Below are positions 50,216-63,378 of a stretch of 64,000 nt of DNA, piece after piece. The DNA lies in assembly GCA_964106915.2 (NCBI GenBank), contig OZ066922.1, one strand, 5' to 3'. The position numbers and the translations under genes were made by a program. The notes beneath the pieces were generated by a model that was not told where the DNA came from, searched no databases, and was given only the letters and a program-made list of their open reading frames with translations. This DNA is from Podarcis gaigeae. Lineage: Eukaryota. Within the stretch, counting starts at the first letter, position 1. Each line of letters starts with the position of its first letter.

Positions 50216-52158
50216 TGTCCACTTCTGCTCGTCCCTTGGTTTTTTTTTTTTTTTTTTAAAAATGTAAAACTCAATAAATATGAAAAAGCGGGAGGCAGGC
50301 CAAACAAAAGCATCATTAAGTTGATTTTTCTTTCCAAGTTTGAACTTGCTAGTAGCAGTGAGCATGAAGAAAGTGTAAGTCATTCTTATGATTTTTGATC
50401 GCTTTCACTTGCACATCTTTTAAAGAAAGCCGTCTGCTGTGCCCACTCCCCCAAAAATTCTCCAAATAAATGTATTGTGCTTCTGTGCATAATTGACTTG
50501 GTATCCTGTTGGGGTCGATAAAGTATATCCCCATCCTTTGCTCTTCAGCCGAAAGATGTTCCCATAGTGGCTAATCTGATGCTAGAGTTCTACTCTAACA
50601 GTACCTCTAACACCTTACTGACACATCTTGGGCAGATGGTTCTGCTTACTGCAATGTACGTTTTCTGCTTGTGTGTCAAATCTCATAATCACTTCTGCCT
50701 TAAGCAGCCATAGTTTCCTTTCTTTTGCCATGGGGGCAGGGGCACACATCATTGTCCAGTGATGGCGTTCTTTTAAATAGTATTAAAAGACAGGCAGGAT
50801 GTAACTTGTTACAAATAAGAGAAATAGAAATATTTCTGACTTAGTGTGGCAATACTGCACTGGAAACGTCACAGTACTGTATATTGCAAAAAGCAATTTT
50901 AAGTTGAGCAGCTTATGACAATGTGTGCAACTTCTGTTTGAAGCTGAAAGCAATTTCATTGGCATGCAAAACTCACCTTATTTCTTCATCTTTCTCCAAG
51001 TTTTGTTTTTTATTTCCCTTCTGGCCTTATCAACTATTTGGAGTCATTTTGGAAGAAATGTAGCACGCATATTAAAATGTTGCTTTGAACATGCACTTCA
51101 GCCATGTAGTACTACAAGTAGCAGGAAGGTGGCAGTGTTGCACTGCATTACTCCACCACTTGAACAATATTAACGAGATTCAAAAGATGAAAAGCCTGAA
51201 CAGCTCAGCATTTTAATCTACTTATGAAAGAGGAAAACATGATTTGCATGAGGATAAAAAGCCACATTTGATCCAGAGAAGAAAAATGCTTTTTGCTTAA
51301 GTTTCTAGGCCCACTATTGGGTTAATTCAACGTTCCTTATGACAGCTAAGGGACAAAGTAAATGTGGCATTGATTGCATGATTGGCCCTCGCTTGCTTTC
51401 TTATTTTGTTACTAAATAGGAGCTGTGGTAGGAAGGCAATCCAGGTTAAGACCACAATGGGAGCAAACCATGGGCATGATCCAGATAAGACCCTACACCT
51501 TCAGTTGATATACTTCTTGTTAAAAGCAGAGAAGGAACCAACCATGTGGTTAGTATGATGTCTGAATTCACCCTGAACTCCTCTGGAATTCAGGGTTGAG
51601 TGTCTTTCTAAGAATTTCTTAGAGGCCATTTAGTTTCCTTGTGTATATTAGGCCTCTATACCTGCCAGAAGACATTTTAAATACATGCAACAGACTTCAG
51701 AGTCGCCCAGTATGGGCCTGGTTCTGTCCCAATAAAAACTGTACTAATTTTAAAAGGAGATAAACTTTCCCATTTCAAGAGTGCCTGTAGTGGCAGAATT
51801 CTCTCTTCAAAATCAAACTGCACATACAGAATATTATTTTGCTGGTAGCTGCTACTATAGTCTTTAATGGGACAGGGAAACTTTTAAACAGTTGCTCAGC
51901 ACGTCACAAAACTAATGAAAGGGTGCCTTCCTTGATAAGCCTGAATAAAATACATCATGGGTTTTCTCCAAAATTGAGCTTATTTTATTAATTTTGCTAT
52001 TTCCCTTCAATTAAGGAAGCCCTGAATGCCTGTATTTTAGAGAACAAGTAGGAGATTTCAAAATTAAGTCATCCTCATTGCTAAATTTAGCGGGGCAGGG
52101 AGAGTTTAGTAACATAAGAACTCCTGCAAACCCAACCATTTCTGTTTGCCATTTGCAG

Positions 52159-52306
52159 TGGGAAAAACTACAGATGACAACAAGTGAGAGGAGGAAGATT
52201 GTCTGCTCGGTCACATTCCACATTATTGCTATTACCTGCGTAGTTTGGTCACTGTATGTACTAATAGATCGGACCGCTGAGGAAATTAAGCAAGGCAATG
52301 ACAATG
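52159..52306 (+). CDS. MARCHF1: MARCHF1 exon with the first transmembrane helix ([50 protein letters not shown])
   Basis: ttgcag acceptor and gtgagt donor; 148 nt, phase 0-1. Confidence 0.98.
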
Positions 52307-52933
52307 GTGAGTGTATTTATCATTTTCTTTATGTTCTTAGGTAGTATGATTTTAGAAATGGAGACAGAGCAAAACTGTAAAGGCAAGTGAGCGCACAGAA
52401 CCAAAAGCAACAGGTTCAAATGGGAGCATTCACCCAACTTCCCTAGTTCCAGTGTTCTGAGAACTTTGGCTTTTACATAAAAGAAGCAGGTTTCTAGCCC
52501 CTTAGACTCCAGGCAACAGGTTTCAAAACCTGTTGAATTCCTGGGAATTCCAGCATCTAGGGGGGTTTGATTGCTCTGCATTGCTCCCCATCCCTGCTGA
52601 CAGAGCAATTATTCAACATGGGGTTGCACTGCATGCAGGTGGACCCAGGCTCAATGACCAGCATTTCTACATAGGGCTGAGAATGTCTCCAGTCTGAACC
52701 CCCAAAGTGTCAGTGTAGACAACACTGAGCAAGATGGACAAATGGTTTGAGGCTCCTTCCTATGTTTCTAAAATGAAGCATATGCTGGCATGGTTAACAT
52801 GATTTATCTATTCTCAGAAGACGTTCTGACTTTACAAAGCAGCCCTGGCTACTTCGTAGAGTAGCCACTGGGTGTAATGATAGTCTAAAGACAAGCATCT
52901 GAGTATATCTACATGAAACAAACACATTGAGTA

Positions 52934-53699
52934 CAGTGGTGCCCCGCAAGACGAATGCCTCGCAAGAGACAAAAGGGTTTTCCGTTTTGGAGGCGCTTCG
53001 CAAAACGAATTTCCCTTGCTTCGCAAGAAGCAAGCCCATAGGGAAATCTCCGGGGACCTCTTTTAAATGCTAGCGGTGGGGAGCAAAGCCTCCCCCCCTC
53101 CGGCCTTCAGAAGAGGTCCAGGAAGGCCGGCGGGGGCCGAAAGGCTTTGCTCCCCACCGCCAGCATTTTAAAAGCAGTCCGGGATAGCAGGGAAGCACTT
53201 CCTGCTATCCCGGATGGCTTTTGAAGGCAGGCGGGGGCGGGGAGCAAAGACTTTTGCCCCCCGCCCACCTTCAGGTCCTGGACCTCTTCTGAAGGCCGGC
53301 GGGGGGCAAAAGTCTTTGCTCCCCCCTGCCTGCCTTCCCGGGAGAGCGGAGAAACGCAGCGCAGCGCGTTTCTCCGCTGTCCCGGACGGCTTTTGAAGAC
53401 GGACGGCTTTTTGCTCCCCCCCCCCCCCGCCTGCCTTCAAAAGCCGTCCGGGATCATTTTAAAATCGCCCCGGGACAGCGGAGGAATTCTCCGCTGTCCC
53501 GGGGCGATTTAAAAGCCCCCGGGAAGGCAGGCAGGGGGGAGCAGACTGTCCCCGGACCTGGTCTGAAGGCGGTTTCCATAGGAACACATTGATTGATTTT
53601 CAATGCATTCCTATGGGAAACCGTGCTTCGCAAGACGAAAAACTCGCAAGACGAAAAGACTTGCGGAACGAATTAATTTCGTCTTGCGAGGCACCACTG
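52934..53699. mobile_element. Tigger/pogo-like non-autonomous element with a GC-rich palindromic interior
   Basis: TA|CAGTGGTGCCCCGCAAGACGAA ... TTCGTCTTGCGAGGCACCACTG|TA; subterminal cgcaagacgaa repeats. Confidence 0.9.
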
Positions 53700-54633
53700 T
53701 ATCACTGTGCCCAAGATTGCTCTGAAATACAATTTCCAACATTGCATTTTTCCATTTAAAAATGTATATATGCATGCCTTATTTTTCTTTTTCAAGCTTA
53801 AGAGATCCTGCTAGGCAAAAAAATAAAAGAAACACAAATGATATTTTACTGATGTGTTTAACATTTTCATGCACCCTGTAAAACTGCCCTCGGCAAGCTT
53901 AAATTATGCAGTGGCAAATTATACATTTGGCATTCAAATAGGCAAGATTCTTAATCTCAGCGGCATAAGAGCATTTTAAAAGTTATATTCTGCAGGAAAC
54001 AATTTCTCTTTCAGCAAATCTTAACTCACTCAAGAGAAATATCTCCTGGGTAAAAGGATTTTCTGTAAATAAATGTTAAAAAGAAATGCTCTGCCCAAAG
54101 TAGTGACTTGAAGGTCCTAAAAGTCAATTGCAAATGTGGGTATCTGACAGGGGGTGACCCCCCAAACAAGTGATTTCCACATCCGGTTTAAAACTTAAAG
54201 AGGCCTAAGGGACCCATTTAATCCAGTGTCCTATTCACAGTACCCAACTAGATTCCTATGGGAACTCCATAGGCAGGATATGACAGTCTAGAGCTTCTCC
54301 CCCATCTAATCTCATGGAATTGAACCCTTTCACATAAATGTCAGGAAAGTTTAGCTTGCATGCATGAGCAAATAATCATTCTTTCTGTTCAGTACAGGCA
54401 AATTCATTACTGGGAACCCTCCTATATCTAAAACCATAATATTAAGAAAACTTCAGAGCTTCACTGCTCAACACGAGGAAGCCTTAGGAACTGAGCTGGT
54501 AGGGGGAGCCTTTGCATTCTCCATGTGTCAGGAGGTTTCACTAAGCGCAATTTAGAAGCAAATAGCAACTTTGCAGGGAAATGAAACAGTAATATTAACT
54601 CTACCTCTTTCACCCCCTTTTTAACTCTGAAAG

Positions 54634-54935
54634 GTGTGCTGGAGTGGCCATTTTGGACAAAATTGGTTGTGGTGGCCATTGGGTTCACGGGAGGCCTTGT
54701 CTTCATGTACGTGCAATGTAAAGTCTACATTCAATTGTGGCGGAGGCTTAAGGCTTACAATCGAGTGATATTTGTTCAAAACTGTCCAGACACTGCCAAA
54801 AAACTAGAGGAGAAAAATTATTCCTCCAATCAGAACACTGAAATCAAAGACTCTGTAGTGGTGCCAGTATCACAGACAGGTACAAACTCTCAACAATCAG
54901 GAGAAGAAACTGTTTCTGATGTGATGCCAGTTTGA
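54634..54935 (+). CDS. MARCHF1: MARCHF1 last coding exon: second TM helix, YNRV tyrosine motif, cytoplasmic tail to TGA
   Basis: gaaag acceptor after a pyrimidine tract; [52 protein letters not shown]...DVMPV*. The short isoform from 20259 sums to 261 aa. Confidence 0.98.
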
Positions 54936-57888
54936 TGGAAACTGTGTTTCTCTTATTTTACTGAAGAACAAAGTAATGTGCTTTCCTACTGTTCAGCCAC
55001 ATTAAAACAGCAAAACCACTAAGTAAATCTGAAGGAAGAACAAATGGGGAAATCGATCAAGAGAAGCTACAGGTTACCTCTGGAATGTAATTGTGAAGTG
55101 GCTAAGCATAGTGAAAATGCAAAGAAGAAAGCGCATCAGAGATGACTTTCGAACAGGCAAACAAACATGGCAAGTACCACTGTTGATGGCTGAAAAGAGC
55201 TGCATATGCAGATTTACTACCAGTGTTCTGTTTACAAGGAGAAAACCCTTACATCTATTTGTTTCTATGGTCTTTTTTGCTAATTATCGTAATCTTGGAC
55301 ACACTCTCTTCAAGGCAATTTTTAAAATGATTCATATTTACCCTTAAAGTCATGGAAAGAGATATGCACCATAGCACAAAGTACCCGAACCTCGTAATGT
55401 GATAATTTTACAAAGAGGTGGCTGACCTGCAGCATATATGGTTTGAAGGCGATATGAAGGAAATCCTTTCCAAAAGTTACCATTGAAAACGTATGTTTAA
55501 AATGTGAGTATTTGTAAACTAGGTAGCTGAAAATATCCCTTGTATGCACAAATGATCATTTTCTTTCACATTTTTATATTCATTTGGTGCAGCAATTTGA
55601 CTGCTGCTTATTCATAAGAGCTAAAATTGACAGAATATTCCTGCCACCTCCAAAATCCTGCTAAAGGGTAATATGTTCTATAATCAGAGATATATTGCAG
55701 ACAGAGCAGCAGGAAACCTTGAAAACATGTTTTTAGTACTTACATATTAGTGTGTAAAATATGCAAAGGGTGGGAGATTAAATTCTATTCTTTTGTTTAA
55801 GAGATCAGGATAGAACAGATTCAGAAACTTGTTAGGACAGTATTGAAAGAGTCAAAGTAGGCAGCATTACCCATATCCCAGTATCTCTCTGATGTCCACT
55901 AAATTGACAAAGTATGTGGTACCTTCTATACAGGAGTAAAGCTGAATCATTAATGGTTCAGTAGTTCAGTTGTTACTATTGTGGTTTTAGCATAGTAATG
56001 TAAGACTGAAGTGTGACTAAATAGAAAATGCAGAAGATATATATCAGTATCATGTTGTACCCAGCAGGGATGACATGCATGGGGGGAAAGCCAATAACTT
56101 TGGCATACCATTTCAGAATGATGTACCTCAGCAGACTAAATGATTGGATGTCCTAAAAAGAAAGGGCACTGCACCTGTCCTTATACCACTCTTATGCTTG
56201 TTGAATGTATTGTGAATTGTGCCCAAGTAATGTGAGTTATTCAAGAACAGTGTTACTAGTAATGAGAGGAACTTATGGTGGCAAACTGCAGTGGATTAAG
56301 TAATTTTTACAAAGGACTATTTCACATTTCATACTTATAAAACACAGTAAGACATAGATTCTGAAAAGACTCAGCAGATGTATGTGATGGATAAGCTGAG
56401 ACATTGCAAAAAGCACATAGCCTCCTTAAAATTAATGGGCCTTTCCCCAGTGATTTCAGTAGTTGAAATAAGGCCTCTCTTATTGGAATCATGGCACTAG
56501 TTGGAAACATTAAAATGAGATTATGTAAGATAATAGTTTAGCAAAAAGAGTTGATAATGGGGATCTTGAGTAGAAGTTGCATACATAACCCATTGATGAA
56601 GACTTTAATGCTAAAATGAAGAAATGCATTTTAACATTTAAACTGTCAGATGAAGGAGCCGCACAAATTCTTTGTGGGGTTTAGAACACTGTGTATTTGA
56701 ATAGAGGTCATAGGAGGGACTGAACAAAATTAAGATCAGAATAACATTAATTCCAAACTGAGTGGTTCATATCCATTTCACTAGGAAAAAGACACACACA
56801 CACATCCAGATATAGTCTAACTATAAACTGAAGTGATAGATAACCTGGTGATTTTCTGCCCAGCTATAGCCATTTATAATAATGTACCATTGCTTTGCAT
56901 AAACAGCTGACTACTGTGATATAAATACTTTAAAAGATAAGGCAGCTGCAGCACATCACACCATACTGGACAGGGCACAATATAAATTGCTTACCGAATT
57001 CCACTAAAATGCAACCAAATCATCAATGTTTCATCTTTAGGTCCCCATGCATTTAGCACATTAAAAGAAGGCCAACCGATTATTTCTCCCAACAGCACAG
57101 CAATCAAGCATTGGATTCATGGAGACAGGCATGACTATAAATCACAATGCATAGGGCAGAAATAGTTTTTTTATCACCAGGAGGACCATGTATGGTTCCA
57201 TTGCTTAGAAGCAAGACCTTTCCTTTTTAAGATGATGCTTCTGAAATTCACTGCAGCTGGCTGAAGCAGCTATGAAGGAATAGTTACCACTTTTTTTCAT
57301 GAAATGGAGATGCCAGTTGTCACATACAGACTATAGTGTTATCTGTCTTTTCTAGTGCCAGTTAATAGATGACCATTAGAGATATCAGAAGTTGTATCAA
57401 AGAAAATGTTTACATGGTGGAATAAGGTTACCGTTAGAAAACAAAGATGGTGCAAAGTTAACAATGAGGTAGTGTTAAATGCCAAATTAATTGTCTTCAT
57501 CAACTCTGTATGGGGCTATCGGGGCGTTCCCCTATGGATTGTTCTATTAGCTTTACAAGCATAACTAAGCAGCCTACTGGTGCTATTGCCACAGGTGGAA
57601 AGCAGTCAATAGTTTGGTTCTAAAATGTGTACATCAGTACACAACTCCACCACCAAAATTAGCAGTCAAATTTTGAAACTTGCACTGCAATGCAATCTAT
57701 GATGCAAATATTTTACTGTGTATATTGTTGAGACCCAAAAGTTTTGTTACTTGTTTACCCAGTTCTCTTTTGCAAAAGAGCTTAGATGCTTTTGTGGGTG
57801 ACTTGTGTATTAAAAAGGTATTTGGGATGGGAAAGAAACTTAATATAAACTACTAATTGTTGTGGAACAAATTTGTATTTGTATTAAA
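54936..57888 (+). other. MARCHF1: Probable MARCHF1 3' UTR with candidate ATTAAA poly(A) signals at 57809 and 57883
   Basis: Repeat-poor AT-rich stretch after the stop codon; the end position is a guess from the hexamers. Confidence 0.45.
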
Positions 57889-59107
57889 CAGATGCCTCTA
57901 GGGGTTACTTGTAAGTCATTTGCTTTTAAAGTGTGATCGTATATGTTGATAATATGGACTGCCAACCCTTTCCGAGCCAATGAATGCATTTCAAATTTTG
58001 AGAAAATGATGCAGCAACTTGGGGCAGGGGTGTATGTGGCACAACACAATAAGGCTGCTAAATCTAAAGAGCAGAAAAAGATAACAAGGCCACAAAATGG
58101 TAAGAGCCATCCCACCATGCACCACCTATAGAGAAAAGAACATTTCAGTGCACAACAGGCCAAGCCAGCGCAAACAGGCACTGTGAGCAAGAGGGCCAAG
58201 TGGTCATACACTCTGGATTTTTGAGGGCACTGCAGGAGGTACTGGCACCCACAAATTCTGCACTGGTAAAACCTGAAAGCGGCCACTGCATGGTGACAAT
58301 TTTATATAACAGTCTTAGCCAGGAAGAAGGGAGGTAGGGTGGCAAGGAGACACCAGTTTTCAAGAATGCACCATGTTAACATCATCCTCCTAACCCAAGC
58401 ATGAGTGCTTAACCACTGACCCTCCAGATGTTGCAGAACCCCAACTCCCAACAGCCCCAGACAGCATGGCTGACTGGGATGCCAGGAATTGGACTTGGAC
58501 AACATTTGGACAGCCACAGATTAGCCATCCCTGCCCTAAACCTACTGAACAACAACCCTGAAAGCACATGATAAAAATGGATCCATTTGGGCCAAAATAG
58601 ACATTATGGCAGCAGAACCCCTTTTAGGAGTCAGGTTGCCACCAAATTCAAGCAAGAAGGAATGTAGCTAAATCAGAGTGTGAGCAGGCAGGAGTAAGGG
58701 GACTGAAATTGCCTCCTTGTCTCTATTTTACTTCCCAGCTTGATATACCCCAGCAGGTTTAATGACTGCTGAGCTCAGGTCTGAAAGGAAACCACTCCTT
58801 ACCCTCCAGGTAAAAACCAGCTGGGAAGAACCTGTCAAAAGGAGTAGCTTTTTCACCCTTCCCTTCTCCTGCTGCTTTAAATAAATTCAGCATGGTCAGA
58901 GTACCTAGTTGCTACGTCTATGAACTTAAAATATTTTAATGTTTTTCAAAAGACAATGATGCAACATCATGTTATTACATCATGAATTGAAGGCTAAATT
59001 ACAGTGCTGGTCATAGTCAAGATAGCTGGGTCCTGCCACATTTACACTCAAAATGTGATTTAGTCTAGCTCTAACTGAACATTAAAATAGCAGCTTGGCA
59101 ATTTGCT

Positions 59108-59279
59108 TCAACTGTCATTTCCCATACCAGCAAGCATTTGTTTCTCTGCATCCTTTGCTGCATCCAAGTCCATCTCAGCTTCAACTGTTGCCTTCTTAGT
59201 TAAACTGCTAAGAGCATCTTTACTGGATATCTTCCTCATTTTAATGTTTGGTAGCTTCTGCAAATCACCATCCCAGGTA
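59108..59279 (-). CDS. TMA16: TMA16 last coding exon (TWDGDLQKLPNIKMRKISSKDALSSLTKKATVEAEMDLDAAKDAEKQMLAGMGNDS*)
   Basis: tcacag acceptor on the - strand; the LPNIKMRK motif matches human; TGA at 59110-59108. Confidence 0.92.
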
Positions 59280-59493
59280 CTGTGAAGTAGGGAAATGAGG
59301 GGAAATGACAGTAGTTTAGACCATGGAAACCACTGCTAATCAAACATTTCTACCAGTGAATTTAAGGTGTTCCGCCTTAAATTAAGGACTTGGGAGTGAC
59401 CAAACTTTGTTCTGACGTGAAGACTGCCCCACACTGACACCCCCCCCCCGAACTGCTACAGCATGAGTGAGTTTAAATAAGAAAACAACTCAC

Positions 59494-59536
59494 CTGAATG
59501 TTTTAAGGTGCTTCGAGATCACAATGTCAGGGATCT
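59494..59536 (-). CDS. TMA16: TMA16 penultimate coding exon (E-IPDIVISKHLKTF-S)
   Basis: caacag acceptor and gtgagt donor on the - strand; 43 nt, phases fit both neighbours. Similar to human EIPDILNASNLKTFR. Confidence 0.92.
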
Positions 59537-61611
59537 CTGTTGGAAACGGAATAAAAACCAAGATCATCCAACCATTTCTAAACAGAAATTTTGATTTGAG
59601 ACACTTTAAAAGGCTAGCTGAAGGACCCTCTACTTCTGCTTCTGATAGTATGAAAGAGACTAATCAATTTGCTCTGAGACTTAGTACCTACCTAGAAGAA
59701 ACTGAGAATTTCCACACCCCCGACCTTCAAAAAAACAGAAAACAAATACTGGACTCTTGCCAAGAGTTCTGTCTACTATGAAAGAAAGAATTATTAGGGA
59801 AAGCATCTTTAGCACCAACCTGTTAAGTACTGCTATACATCAGGGGAGGGTGCTTCTTTTGAGAGCTTTTTGAATTTGGCTAAACCTCAATGATCTTCAT
59901 GCATGTATCAGTGGTGATAATGATAATACCTCACTTCTGATTCCTTTGTCCAACAGTTTACAGCTGTGGTTATATTACTGGTCACATACTAAATCTTACA
60001 GTATCTCCAAATGCACAACACCATAGATTATATAACATCTGTGCTCAGAGGTTCTGAAACAAAAGAAAACCTTGCCAGATAGTGCACTTCATCTACTGAA
60101 TTCTCATCATTTTTCTACTGATTATACTACTTAGAAAGGTCAAAATAATAGCAACTCTAGATGTTTTCAGCTACAACTCCTCTTGGTCCCAGTCAGCCCC
60201 CTACCCACAGTTTGGAGAACACCTGGTTGGGGAAGGCTGCACTGAAATGAAATGGTAGCTGCTTTAGATGTCTCAAGGTCATGCCCCTAACAAAGAGCAA
60301 AAAACAAATTGTTTAAAGAAAGCTACCATTAAAAGCAGGGCTGCAATTCAATTGAAGACACTTTAAATTGATCATATGATATGAGTGTCAGTTGACTGAT
60401 TAAATTTGCATAGGAGTGTTAGCTGGCTGATTAAATTTGTATATAATTAATAAACATTTCTGAAGCAAGAATACTTCCCCCCCTTCATTTTGGATGAAAC
60501 AAGTATTACAGCAAACATAGTCTTAGAAGAAGCATATCTCCTGTGTTTGACACAAGGGAGAATGCTTCAAGGTGGTGCTTGCCGTATGGAGTTTCTAGAA
60601 ACACTTGTGTTTAAAAATATGTTTTGAAAAATTCGATGCCCAATCAGGGACACCATTTTAGTTGATTGAAAGCTTTTAATCAAACCACTCCTAATCAGAG
60701 AAGTATATTTCTTTGTCAAATAGAACTAGCTCATTTGAGAATCCACTGAAGTTAAGACCCATAACAAGCAGGTGTCACAGCCGCCTTGCAATTTCAGGGA
60801 GCAGATTGGGGCAGAGCAGGGTAGTCATACTAGCAAATTGCTCATTCAACATAGGTGATCGTGAGAAAGGTAGAGCAGAAAAAAATTATCGGTGCAGAAC
60901 GAACACTCTTGACATTGAGAGCATTAAAGCATGCAGTTCCCAATTTGACTGCTGCATGAGATTATTCTGATGGACGCTTTGACACTAAATATATATTGCA
61001 ATGTTCTGACTGAATTAACACTAAACTGTCCATTGTCTAGTAGTTGATTCATACAGCCATTGTGTGTGTCAGGGGTGTAAGATTTTGGATTTATTTTGCA
61101 GATTACTGACATCAGCATGCAGTTCCCCAAAATGGAGCTATTAACAGCCAAGAACAGAGTGCTTGAAAGCCCAAACTGCTCATGTACCATACTGACGGGA
61201 ACAGGAAGGGGGAAGATAAAATTTTCAGTGAAACCTCCTAATTCCGTTTTGCCTTCAGCCAATGACACAGCACAGCAAAGGAAAGTGAAAAGAATGATGC
61301 ATGGAAAGTAACATCAACCACGTGTTTGGGGGTTTGATATATTAAGGCAGGTATAGAAACTCAGGGAAGGTCACAGAATCTCTTTGGAAACCCCTGTCTC
61401 CAATTGCCAGAAAGCCTCTGATCTTTAGGCAACACCTGCTCATTTGCCTGGACAGCCCGGTTTGTTACTGTACTATTTTTAAAAAAACATATGCAGCTTG
61501 CTGAACAAACACTTGTGTTATGTGAGCTGCCATCACACCACACTCTCAACTGCAGTAGTGCTACTGTTCACCAGGACCAGGATGGGGTGTGACAGCAAGA
61601 GCAGAGGAGTA

Positions 61612-61786
61612 AAAGGTAAAGGACCCCCAGACGGCTAAGTCCAATCAAAGGCGACTATGGGGTGCAGCGCTCATCTCGCTTCAGGCCGAGGGAGCCGGCG
61701 TTTGTCTGCAGGCAGCTTGTCATGTGGCCAACATGACTAAACTGCTTCTGGCGCAATGGAACCCTGTGACAGAAGCCAGAGCGCAT
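61612..61786 (-). mobile_element. 5'-truncated Sauria-type SINE
   Basis: aaaggtaaaggacccc tail on the + strand; 12-bp TSD agcagaggagta at 61600-61611 and 61787-61798. Confidence 0.85.
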
Positions 61787-62941
61787 AGCAGAGGAGTACC
61801 AGGTTGATGGCAGTAGCGACAGGAACAGATGTGTGGGCACTTGCAAGTCTTGCTACCAATCTTGTGATTTCCCTGCCCTCACTGCCATGCCCCAAACTGG
61901 CTCCAGGACGTGGTTAGGAGGGCAGTGCGCCACCATGCATCATGACAACATAAAGTGAGACAGTTTGCTCATTGCTTAACACCTACAAATCTTGGAAGGA
62001 CACATAAGCTTTCCTATTTTGCTGCTTATACAAGTCCACATAGTCTTATTTTTCTCTTCCGAAAAGGGATGAGAAACTTTATCTTCGGCAAGAATTAATT
62101 AAATCAAGTCTACATAAATTCTCTCTCATTAAGAGAAAGGAAACTGCAGGGTGGGGGGAGACTTCCTGGAGATGCCAAAGGTTTTAAAACTAAGTTACGC
62201 TACATGGTCTAAATGACTTCTTGATTTTAGACTGCAGGTTCTAATTACACTATCTGCTGCAACAATTTTCCTTAAATTGAAGCTCAGTACAGACATTGTG
62301 CCAACATCCACAGGAGGAGCATTAACAAGGAATGAATGATTGGAGGTTACCTTTAACAAGGGTCACCAACAAATCACACTTTCTGAATATTGCTGAGGTG
62401 TATTTTTAGCTTGTATACAACATGCAACCTTTAAAATGAGTTTTCCTTCTGCTTCTTGAATAATACAGAGTTGCCTGTCTTGTGTCTCTCTGTTTACTCT
62501 GCATTTGGAAACCTTAAGATATTGTAACCAAATTTTGCACAGTGGGTCCTGAGATCGAAGGCAGGTTTTCATCTACATTTAGATACAAATGGATGTCGTT
62601 TTTAATCAAGATGGCAGACTAACCCTCTCAAAACTGCACTGCCTTTTTTTGATTCCTAGGATTCCCAAGCAACTCAAGTATCTACTCACCAGCTTCCCCC
62701 CATGGAGATTCTAACCCACTATTGTGAAGGCCATGTGAGATACAACTGCACTGGGGAGGGGAGGGTGTCACACAGTAAATTAAAGGAAAATAATGCTAAG
62801 GAAACTGTTCAGGTTATGGAAGGGGTTATGTCCAAAAGCAGAAATCCAGTGAACTACTGCCCTGTATAGAGTTCTGATTTGCCTGCAAGAAATTATTCAT
62901 AACAGATTCAGTAGCATGGCAAGGCAGTAACGCAGTCATAC

Positions 62942-63090
62942 CTAGCCCATATCCTTCATACATCTGTCTTTCACGTTCCATAGTCTGTTTGATGGCTGTT
63001 TCTCTGGAACTGTGCTGTCTGCCCTGCCGTCCTTTAATACTGTTACGCAGTTCAATCTGCTCCAACTCATCGCTGAAACGCTGCAAATAA
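62942..63090 (-). CDS. TMA16: TMA16 internal exon ([49 protein letters not shown])
   Basis: ttacag acceptor and gtatga donor on the - strand; 149 nt. Matches recalled human TMA16 (RFSSELEQIELHNSI...ERERQQFEGYGL). TMA16 neighbours MARCHF1 in human. Confidence 0.95.
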
Positions 63091-63242
63091 CTGTAACACA
63101 GTAAAAATGTCAATGTGGGGAAAGGTTTTCATCCTTCAAACATTACACCCTTGCAGTTGCTCTACAAAGTCCACAAGAACCAGCTCTAACAGAGGTCTTA
63201 AGTACTGGCACCTTTTTAACAACAACAAGTCACTGTCTATAC

Positions 63243-63378
63243 CAGAGTTTCCCAAACTTGGGTCTCCAGCTCTTTTAGAATTACAACTCCCATCATTCCT
63301 AGCGAGCAGGACTAGTGGTCAGGGATGATGGGACTTGTAGTCCAAAAACAGCTGGAGACCCAAGTTTGGAAAACACTG
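63243..63378. mobile_element. 136-bp palindromic hAT MITE related to the 4689 element
   Basis: 8-bp TSD gtctatac at 63235-63242 and 63379-63386; same internal tacaactcccatcat inverted core. Confidence 0.9.

Noticed and set aside
53168-53440. Near mirror-image ORFs on both strands
   Set aside because: A by-product of the palindromic GC-rich MITE interior.
57840-58363. ORFs between MARCHF1 and TMA16 as a hidden gene
   Set aside because: No recognisable homology or splice structure; sizes are consistent with chance.
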